64,000 nt of DNA, from the NCBI GenBank assembly GCA_040218735.1, contig JAVJQW010000033.1, positions 160,001 to 224,000 of the forward strand, read 5' to 3'. A program made the translations under genes and the position numbers. The DNA comes from Deltaproteobacteria bacterium (GTDB taxonomy: Bacteria; Myxococcota; Kuafuiibacteriia; Kuafuiibacteriales; Kuafuiibacteriaceae). The notes under the pieces are model-generated. The model made no database searches and was not told where the DNA came from. It saw only the letters and a list, made by a program, of their open reading frames with translations. Shown here piece after piece: positions 56,918-64,000 of the stretch (positions are counted from its first letter, which is position 1; every line of letters begins with the position of its first letter).

Positions 56918-57400
56918 ATGTGGCGCGTCACCCTCGTGATGTTTGCGCTGATGGGCTGCAAGACGACGGCGTCCAGCCCCGCCGCCGAGCCCCCCGCATC
57001 GAGCGCAGTGGCGTCGGATGACGACCGCGAGGTCACCGGCCCCTCCGAACGGCTCCGCGCCGAGGGGACGATCCCGGAGCCGGAGGTTGGGCCCTGTAAG
57101 AACTGCTCCGTCGACATTGCGCGGCGCGTGCAAGGCAGCTTTCAAGACGTGCCGAAGTGCGGCGCGTCCGGTGAGCCCGTCGTGTACCCGATCAGCGCGC
57201 CGCGGATCGTGGTCCTCGCGGGTGACCAGCAGGGGGACACGTTCGATCTCGACGGCGCACCCGCGACGTTCGAAGTCGGCGCCCCGCTGGAGGGTGAGCT
57301 GCCTCCGGAAGCCAAGCCCGAGGGCTGGGTCGAAGCGCAGATCGTCGTGACCGACAGCGCCGAACGAACCTGCAGCTCGACCCTCAAGATCCTGCAGTGA
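56918..57400 (+). CDS. Small hypothetical lipoprotein
   Basis: Lipobox LMGC; four further Cys residues. Confidence 0.7.
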   Translation: MWRVTLVMFALMGCKTTASSPAAEPPASSAVASDDDREVTGPSERLRAEGTIPEPEVGPCKNCSVDIARRVQGSFQDVPKCGASGEPVVYPISAPRIVVLAGDQQGDTFDLDGAPATFEVGAPLEGELPPEAKPEGWVEAQIVVTDSAERTCSSTLKILQ

Positions 57401-57403
57401 CGC

Positions 57404-58531
57404 TCACGGACAGACCCAGATCTTTCCGGTGACGTAGCCGCGTCGCGGCGTCTTCGGATCGGCCGTGCTCCACACGGCCGCTGACCACGGACCGCGACCA
57501 TCCTCGTCGAGGATGAAGACGTCGTCCCAGCGCCAGCGCGTGGGGCTCAACCACCGAATTTGTTGTGGCGGGACCTCGATGTCGACGCGGGGCGCCTGCA
57601 CCTTCAGCGCGAGATCACGGTTGTCGAGGCGACCGTCGAGCGCAATGACGAGTCGCCGGAAGTCGCCCTCCATCTTCGAGGTCGACACGCGAAGCCGCAC
57701 CGGCGCGCCCCCCGGCAAGATCGGGAGCCGCGCCGACGCGCCGAGGGCGACACAGAGCGTCTCCGCCCACGGGACGTGCGCGATGGGCCAGCCGTAGTTG
57801 ACGTTCGGCAGCGCGCCGCCGTGCACGGCGATGATGTGCTGGGTGCGACGGTCGATCAGCGCGGCACCACTGTCGCCACCCTCGGTGTCGCAGTCATGGA
57901 GGATGCGGCGCCGACGGCGATCGTAGCGCGCCGTGCAGGAGTCGTTGACGCGGAGGATGCCCTTCGAGAGGCCGTAGAGTCTGACCTCGCGCTCCCGCAC
58001 GCGGGACCAGTCGAAGGTGTAGTCGACCGGGAACGCGGGGAGCTCGGCGACGGCGCTGGCGTCATCGACCTGGACGAGGGCGTGGTCGCGGTGTTCGTCG
58101 AACGCAAACGTCACGATCCTGCAACCTAGCTTGCGGCCATCGAAGAGCGTGAGTGGTGAAGGGCACGGCGCGCTCCGGAAGCCGCGGAAGCCGGGCTCCT
58201 CGCTGATGCAGTGGCCGGCGGTGAGGAAGAGTCCACGGCCCACGTGGGTCGCCGTGCAAACGCCGAAGCGCGCGAACGCTTCGCCGTAGTCGACGCCCTC
58301 CGGGTTGCGAACCTTGGCGCCGGGGACGATGCGTTTTCGTCCGTCCGGCCCGATGACCTGGCGCCCGTCTTCGATCGGTTCGGCGCCGGAGCTGGGATGA
58401 ATGCCGGGGATGGCGCGCGGAGTCTCCGCGACGGCGGAGCGGTCGAGGCGCTTCAACCCGGTCGCTCCAGGAGGAGCAGGGGTCGAGGGCGGCGTGCTCG
58501 ACAGGCTGAGCAGCAGGAGCACCGCGTTCAC
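57404..58531 (-). CDS. Secreted trypsin-like serine protease with possible P-domain-like C-terminus
   Basis: CTA, LTAGHC, DHAL, HDCDTEGGDSGA, IAVH; GTGA overlap with the caspase gene. Confidence 0.88.
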   Translation of the reverse strand: MNAVLLLLSLSSTPPSTPAPPGATGLKRLDRSAVAETPRAIPGIHPSSGAEPIEDGRQVIGPDGRKRIVPGAKVRNPEGVDYGEAFARFGVCTATHVGRGLFLTAGHCISEEPGFRGFRSAPCPSPLTLFDGRKLGCRIVTFAFDEHRDHALVQVDDASAVAELPAFPVDYTFDWSRVREREVRLYGLSKGILRVNDSCTARYDRRRRRILHDCDTEGGDSGAALIDRRTQHIIAVHGGALPNVNYGWPIAHVPWAETLCVALGASARLPILPGGAPVRLRVSTSKMEGDFRRLVIALDGRLDNRDLALKVQAPRVDIEVPPQQIRWLSPTRWRWDDVFILDEDGRGPWSAAVWSTADPKTPRRGYVTGKIWVCP

Positions 58532-60102
58532 CGGACCAACCTCACGGCTTCGGACTTCGCGCGACGCCCGCGGAAGGCGGGTTGTAGATCATCGGCGCGG
58601 TCCGGGTCGCTGACACGATTGCCGAGGATGCGCACCGCCTCCAGCCGATACTGATCCGTCCGTAGCACCGAGATGAGCCGCAGGACCTGCGCGATCGTGA
58701 CGCTCTTGCCGCGCGTTCCGGCGTCGACCGCCTCCATCTGGCTGCGGAAGTCGCGGGCGGCGTTCACGCGTCCGCGGAGCGCCTCCAGCTCGGATGTGCT
58801 CAACGGCGGTGCGACGCCGAGGGTCCTGAACATCTTGCGGACGGCGTCCTTGGACGAGGCGAAGGAGAGATCGTCCAGCACCGCGTCGAGCGACTCGGGG
58901 TCGCTCACCTGCCGTCGCAGCAGCTCGATGACTCGAACCTTGTCGCCCTCGAGATCGAAGTGCGCGATCAGTCGACGGACCTGCGCGATGGTGAACGCCC
59001 GGTCGCGCGTGCCGAACTCCAACACCGCCATCTTGTCTGCGCTGAAGGACTCGGCCTCCAACATGCGTTCGAGCGCCGCGAGCTCGCGGTTCTGCGCCGA
59101 ATCCAGGCTCTGAGCGATCGGTGCGCCGCGGGTGCGCCCTTCGATCGTCTGCGCCGGGACCGCGAGCGGAGCGGGGTCCGGCGGGGGCGCGCCCCCGTCG
59201 GTGGGGACGAGCACCAGCTCGGCGAACAGCGACGTTGCTTCCCACGGGAGCTGCCTCGCGCCACTACCCTCGTAGACCTTCCGCCGCACCGAGCGGAAGA
59301 TCTGATCCACCGTCCAACCCGGCGTGGTGATCTCCTGAATCAGCACCCCGGTGTACGCGCTGTGTCCGCCCGGTGCGCCGTCGGCGGCCGCGTGCCCGGG
59401 CGAGGTCGCGTAGGCGATGAGTGTGCGGGGCGGCGCTTCGACGAACGTCTGCCCGACCGCGTCCCGCGCCGGCGCTGCGTGAGGCGGCGTTCGACACGCG
59501 TCGAGGATGACGATGCGGACGGCGTCCTCGGCTTGACTCAGCTCCGCGAGCACATCGTTCAGGCTGACGGCCTTCTTCGCGAAGTCGGGCCCGAACGGGG
59601 TGCTGCGGATCGGCATGAGATAACTCAGCTCGCCGTCCTGCAGGCCGTGTCCCGCAAAGTAGAACAGCCCGACGCCCTTCTTCTTGCGAAGCTCGAAGGC
59701 AAAGGCGGAGAGCGCGTCCTTCATGTCGATCGCTTCGAGGTTGCGGTGCTCGGTGACTTCGAAGCCGATCGTCTTCAGCGCGGCCGCGAGCGCGTGCGCG
59801 TCGTTGAGGGGGTTGGCGAGCCTGGCGTCACCGTCGTAGCTCGCATTGCCGATCACGAGCGCGAGGCGGGGTCGTGTGTCCGCGGAGCCGGGGACCGGCG
59901 CGGGTCCTGCGGCCTCGCTCGACTCCGCCATCACCCTCGGGTTCTTCTTCGGGGCAGGCGACCCGTCCTCGGTCGACCCGCCCGCCCGGGCAGGCTCCTC
60001 GAAGTCGGCCGGAGGTGGAGTGTGGGCTCCGGGCGTTGCGCAGCCGGCGGCGACCGCCACGGCGAGCCCGAACACACGTCGCACGAAGGTTCGCGCCGTC
60101 AT
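58528..60102 (-). CDS. Caspase family (C14) lipoprotein with two DUF4476-like repeats
   Basis: Lipobox AAGC; ALVIGN..Y...L.NP.NDA, FYFAGHG, ILDACR, AYATSPG..A.DG, Q.PW; two repeats with TIAQV..LI and VSDP. Confidence 0.9.
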   Translation of the reverse strand: MTARTFVRRVFGLAVAVAAGCATPGAHTPPPADFEEPARAGGSTEDGSPAPKKNPRVMAESSEAAGPAPVPGSADTRPRLALVIGNASYDGDARLANPLNDAHALAAALKTIGFEVTEHRNLEAIDMKDALSAFAFELRKKKGVGLFYFAGHGLQDGELSYLMPIRSTPFGPDFAKKAVSLNDVLAELSQAEDAVRIVILDACRTPPHAAPARDAVGQTFVEAPPRTLIAYATSPGHAAADGAPGGHSAYTGVLIQEITTPGWTVDQIFRSVRRKVYEGSGARQLPWEATSLFAELVLVPTDGGAPPPDPAPLAVPAQTIEGRTRGAPIAQSLDSAQNRELAALERMLEAESFSADKMAVLEFGTRDRAFTIAQVRRLIAHFDLEGDKVRVIELLRRQVSDPESLDAVLDDLSFASSKDAVRKMFRTLGVAPPLSTSELEALRGRVNAARDFRSQMEAVDAGTRGKSVTIAQVLRLISVLRTDQYRLEAVRILGNRVSDPDRADDLQPAFRGRRAKSEAVRLVR

Positions 60103-60194
60103 CTCGCCGGCACCCTAGCGCCGACCCGCCCACCGGTCGAATTCGGCCGGCCCCGCTTCCACGAACCTACGCACCCAACTCGACGAGCTCTGCC

Positions 60195-61709
60195 TCAACG
60201 GGGGGTGACCTCCGGCGCGCGCGTCGCGCTCAGCTCGAGCCAACGCTTCCCGCCCGTGCACGACCCATCGGCGCGCGGACGTTCGGTGCCTGCGCAGACG
60301 CAGATCCACTCCACGGGCTCGCCCGCCGCGGGGCGCTGGTTTCGGTAGGTCGAGCCCGCCGGGACGGTGTCGTCGCACTCCGGGGGTTTGGCGTTCGTCC
60401 CGTAGAGCCGCCGGGTCACCGCGTTCGTCGGGCCCTCGTACCGATCCCCCGCGCGGCCGATCCATGCGCGGCCCGGCTCGAGCTTCGAGCCCTGCGCCGA
60501 CTGCGAAGCATAGCCGGTGACGGCAAGCGCCCCCGCGCCCGCGCCGCCTGCGCGCCAGCCCCACGTCTTCGAAAGGTCGTCCCAGATCAGGCGCAGGTTC
60601 GTGTTGCGGTCGCCCTGCAGCTCCACCGCGAGCGCCGCGTTCTTGCCGACGTCGCCGAGGTGCACCGCGCCGTTGTGATCGCCGCGGCCGAGCACCTGGA
60701 GCGCGCCGCCGACCGCGCGACCCCGCCAGTGCGCGATCCCCGCGGTGCGCGGACGACTGATGCCACCGATGATCTGCGTGTTGCCGAGGTACACCGAGCC
60801 GCGCCCGCCGGTCTCCTCGTACGGGTTCAACAGGAGCGTCACCGCCGTCTTGCTCTCACCCGTGACGTAGCCCGGGTGGTGCGCCAGGGGATCGTCGGCG
60901 CCCGCGTCCGCGTCCCAGAGGTACGCGACGTGCGGCGCCACGAACGTCGTACCGAAGCTCGAACGATCGCGTACCCCCCAGCACGATAGCGGCCGGGTCC
61001 CGTCCCACCGCCCCGCGCGCCGACACACCTTGGCGACGTTCAGACCGACGGCGGTTCCGTTGTTCGCGTCGGCGCCTTCGATATAGACGCCCCAACCCCC
61101 GAGCTGGATCGCGCTCAGGTTGTAGACCGCCCAACCGTTCGCATTGCCGTTCGGGTGCGCGGCCGTGACGTGGAGCGCGTGACCGAAGCGCTGCACCGTG
61201 ACCCGCTCGATGCGCACCGGCGTGCGTGCGATGAGCGCCGTGCTCTCTTGGTGTTCCTTCCCCCCGCGCAACTCACCTTGCAGGTAGACGTCGGAGATCG
61301 CGACGAAGCCGGCGGAGACGTGATCGTCCGGGGTGCTGGGGCAGCGGTTCTTGCCGCCCTTCACCGAGTACCAGGTGCGCAGGCCGTCGACGCCGTGGGC
61401 GAAGGTCAGCGTGGTGCCACCGTTGGCGTGGCCCTCGCCGCACCCGCGGATCGTCACGCCGCGGCAGAGATCCCAGGGGCGGGTGAAGCGGTACTCCGCG
61501 CAGCCGAGCTGAATCGCGCACCCGCGCCGCTTCTCCGCGCCGCTCCCCTTGGGCGCGCAGGTCGGCGACGAGAGCAAGCGATCCACCTCGTCCGACCAGT
61601 CGCCGCGAGGCCCGTACGCCGGGCAGCGGCCGCCTTCGCAGAGGTCTTCGAGGCGGAGCGCGGTGGGCGCGGGGGTGCTGGCGAGGAGCGCGAGCGCGAC
61701 GACGAACAT
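60195..61709 (-). CDS. Secreted pectin-lyase-like beta-helix protein with tailspike-type C-terminal motif
   Basis: Signal peptide from ATG 61709; VTIRG.G...T.L.F, NGNANGW, GVYIEGADANNG; N..P.AG...W.C..AGT...W. Confidence 0.6.
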   Translation of the reverse strand: MFVVALALLASTPAPTALRLEDLCEGGRCPAYGPRGDWSDEVDRLLSSPTCAPKGSGAEKRRGCAIQLGCAEYRFTRPWDLCRGVTIRGCGEGHANGGTTLTFAHGVDGLRTWYSVKGGKNRCPSTPDDHVSAGFVAISDVYLQGELRGGKEHQESTALIARTPVRIERVTVQRFGHALHVTAAHPNGNANGWAVYNLSAIQLGGWGVYIEGADANNGTAVGLNVAKVCRRAGRWDGTRPLSCWGVRDRSSFGTTFVAPHVAYLWDADAGADDPLAHHPGYVTGESKTAVTLLLNPYEETGGRGSVYLGNTQIIGGISRPRTAGIAHWRGRAVGGALQVLGRGDHNGAVHLGDVGKNAALAVELQGDRNTNLRLIWDDLSKTWGWRAGGAGAGALAVTGYASQSAQGSKLEPGRAWIGRAGDRYEGPTNAVTRRLYGTNAKPPECDDTVPAGSTYRNQRPAAGEPVEWICVCAGTERPRADGSCTGGKRWLELSATRAPEVTPR

Positions 61710-61735
61710 CGCGGCGGATTGTGCGTCAGATCGAG

Positions 61736-62764
61736 CTACTCCGGGAACACGACGGCCAAACGCTCTCGCATTCGAGGGTCCGCGTCTTCGAGCGCGACGA
61801 GGTCCGCGTCCAGCGATGCCGCGCGCCGCTGCGCAAACGGCACCAGCCGATACGACACCACGCCCGACGCACCGAGCTCCACCACGAACACCCCGCCCAA
61901 CCGCACCGGCCACCCGACACGCTCCAGCGCGGGGCCGTTCAGGTTACCGAGGCTGTAGAGGCACAGCCGATCCCCGAACCGCTCCAGCGGCATCAACACG
62001 TGCGGGTGGTGGCCGACGATCACGTCGAAGCCCGACTCGGCGAGGCGCCCCGCGAGAGCGCGCGTCGACGCGCGCGGGAAGTGCCGGAACTCGTACTCCC
62101 AGTGCGGCGTCGCCACGAGCACATCGACCGAAGCGCGAAGCTCGGCGAAGTCGAACGCCTCCACGTCTCGCGTACGAACGATGTTCGGCCAGCCGGGTAG
62201 CCGCTGCTCCGAGTTCAGCCACTCGGACCAGGCTACGACGCCGATGCGTTTCCCCGCGCGCTCCACGATCCGATACGGCGCGGCCTCCGCGTCCGCGAGC
62301 GCGCCGACCGCGACCGCCCCGTGTTTCTCGATGCGCTCCACCGACCCCACCAAGCCGTCCACGCCCTGGTCGGCGATGTGATTGTTCGCGATCGACAGCA
62401 CCGCCTTGTCCGCCGGGACGCCGAGCCGCTCCAAGAAACCGAACAGGAACGCCTCCGCCATCGCGAAGTGCCCGACGTAACGCGCGTACGGCCGCAGCTC
62501 CTCGAACATCACCGGCGCTTCGCAGTTCGCGAACACCAGATCCGCGCTGCGCAAGGCATCTTGCACGACGTCGGGCACCTGGGGGATGCGGTCGTTCTGC
62601 ATGCACATCAAGTCCCCGAGGAACGCGAGCGTCAGCTCGACGGGTTCGTCGCGGATCCGCCCCGACCGCGGCAGCGGAACGAGGTCGGTCGGGTTCTGGG
62701 TCGAAGGGTTGAAGTAGTCGAGGAGCCAGCGGAACCCGTAGTACCAGGGGTAGGGCGAGCTCAT
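61736..62764 (-). CDS. CapA-family metallophosphoesterase (poly-gamma-glutamate synthesis protein-like)
   Basis: FLGDLM, ANCEAP, SIANNH..DQG, PHW.YE, VGHHPHV, YSLGN. Start at ATG 62764. Confidence 0.9.
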   Translation of the reverse strand: MSSPYPWYYGFRWLLDYFNPSTQNPTDLVPLPRSGRIRDEPVELTLAFLGDLMCMQNDRIPQVPDVVQDALRSADLVFANCEAPVMFEELRPYARYVGHFAMAEAFLFGFLERLGVPADKAVLSIANNHIADQGVDGLVGSVERIEKHGAVAVGALADAEAAPYRIVERAGKRIGVVAWSEWLNSEQRLPGWPNIVRTRDVEAFDFAELRASVDVLVATPHWEYEFRHFPRASTRALAGRLAESGFDVIVGHHPHVLMPLERFGDRLCLYSLGNLNGPALERVGWPVRLGGVFVVELGASGVVSYRLVPFAQRRAASLDADLVALEDADPRMRERLAVVFPE

Positions 62765-64000
62765 CGCCGTCGCCTTCTCCTGCGCTTCTTCGGCTTCGCT
62801 TCCTCTTCCATCGCCTTCATCGCCTCCGCCTCCAGGGCCTCCTGGGCGATCAGCTCCGGCGTCTTCTCCAGCGTGATGTCGAGGTCGATCGGCTTGCCGC
62901 GCTCCGGCGTCAACGTCTGCTCGAACGGGACGTAGCCGAGCTTCTTCACCGCGATCTTCGTCTCCTTGTTCGTCCGCACGGACATCGTCGCGGGCGTCAG
63001 CGCGACGTTGTTCCCGTCCATCCACAGCTCCGCGCCGACCGGCTCCGACTTCACCGCGAGGTTCACGACCGCCCCCGGGAACACCAGGTTCATCGTGCGC
63101 TTCGCGCCGGCCTTGATCGCGACGGTGCTCGTCACCGGCGTCTCACCCTCGATGTTCAGCTCGATGTAATGCGTGACCACCGACTCCAGGTTCTCGATCG
63201 TGAGCGGCGTGCGCTTGCCCGTCTCTTCGTCGTCGAGGGTCACCAGCGCGCCCGGCGGGATCGACTCGATCGTGATCGTCCCGCCCGCGTTGCGGCCGAC
63301 GAACGCCTCACGGAGCTTGCGCGTCACGAGCCGCTGATTGCGATCCGACCACAGCGTGAACACCGCCATCGCGATCACCAGCGCCGCGACCGCCGAGATC
63401 ACGATCTTGCCGAGCGGCAGTGAGCGGTCGTCCAGCGGCGGCGGCGATCCGACCTGCGCGGTCTGGGCGCGTGCCTGCGCCGGTGACATCCGTGGCAACG
63501 AGGTGTCGGCCGGAGGCCCGCCGTACATCGGCGCCGGCATGTCCGTCGGCGGACCGCCGTACATCGCGGCCACGATCGGTTCGTCGGCGGCGACCGGCTC
63601 GGGGTGCGTGGGCGCCGGCCGACTCGAAGACGCGTCGACGAAGCCCGCGGGGCGCATCATCGTGTCCACGGGGGGGCCGCCCGTGCCGGAGAGCTCACGT
63701 CGCGCGGCGGTGTCGGCCTGGCGGTCGACGCCCGCCTCCGAGCCGAGCACCATCGCGAGCAACGTCGCGAGCCGCGTCGAGGAGTACGTGGGGTCGCCGC
63801 CGTAGAGGATGCGCGCGAGCTCGTCGCGGAAGACGGCCGCGGACGCGTGGCGCTGATTCGGATCTGCGAGCAACGCGCGGTCGATGGTCATCGCGAGCGC
63901 GGGCGGGACGTGGGGCGCCGCCTGCACCAGCGGCTCCGCGCGGTTGGGATCGGGTTCGCGGCCCGCGAGCATCGTCCACACCAGGCGCGCGACGGCGTAA
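62761..64000 (-). CDS. Ser/Thr kinase C-terminal part with TM helix and two PEGA domains; partial (starts beyond window)
   Basis: YAVARLVWTMLAG, RAL..DP..R, TM helix, ESIPPGA.V.LD...TP, SEPVGA....DG...TP. Confidence 0.85.
   Translation of the reverse strand, partial: YAVARLVWTMLAGREPDPNRAEPLVQAAPHVPPALAMTIDRALLADPNQRHASAAVFRDELARILYGGDPTYSSTRLATLLAMVLGSEAGVDRQADTAARRELSGTGGPPVDTMMRPAGFVDASSSRPAPTHPEPVAADEPIVAAMYGGPPTDMPAPMYGGPPADTSLPRMSPAQARAQTAQVGSPPPLDDRSLPLGKIVISAVAALVIAMAVFTLWSDRNQRLVTRKLREAFVGRNAGGTITIESIPPGALVTLDDEETGKRTPLTIENLESVVTHYIELNIEGETPVTSTVAIKAGAKRTMNLVFPGAVVNLAVKSEPVGAELWMDGNNVALTPATMSVRTNKETKIAVKKLGYVPFEQTLTPERGKPIDLDITLEKTPELIAQEALEAEAMKAMEEEAKPKKRRRRRRR

Overview
High-GC bacterial DNA that looks like Myxococcota, judged from several Hanks-type kinases, PEGA proteins, many Cys-lipobox lipoproteins and a eukaryote-type UGPase. 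It holds about 48 tightly packed CDSs. I saw no rRNA, tRNA, CRISPR array, transposase or integrase. Recognisable genes include pbpC, an alpha-2-macroglobulin (A2M), a Rieske/glutamate-synthase fusion, pgeF, rluD, selA, coaD, prfB with its +1 frameshift, yjbQ and a CapA-family gene. The most interesting items are: (1) an operon of a ~1685-aa exported protein, an A2M that has lost its thioester motif, and PBP1C; (2) a cluster of exported proteases (CHAT lipoprotein, caspase-2xDUF4476 lipoprotein, trypsin) next to a secreted tailspike-like beta-helix protein; (3) a pgeF / tandem GlnD-GlnE-like nucleotidyltransferase / UGPase operon; (4) a recurring TANNNT -10 box 7-9 nt before start codons, suggesting leaderless genes and possible CTG starts; (5) tandem MYGGPP motifs in a kinase linker. 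All family calls come from motif recognition by eye. No database search was run.
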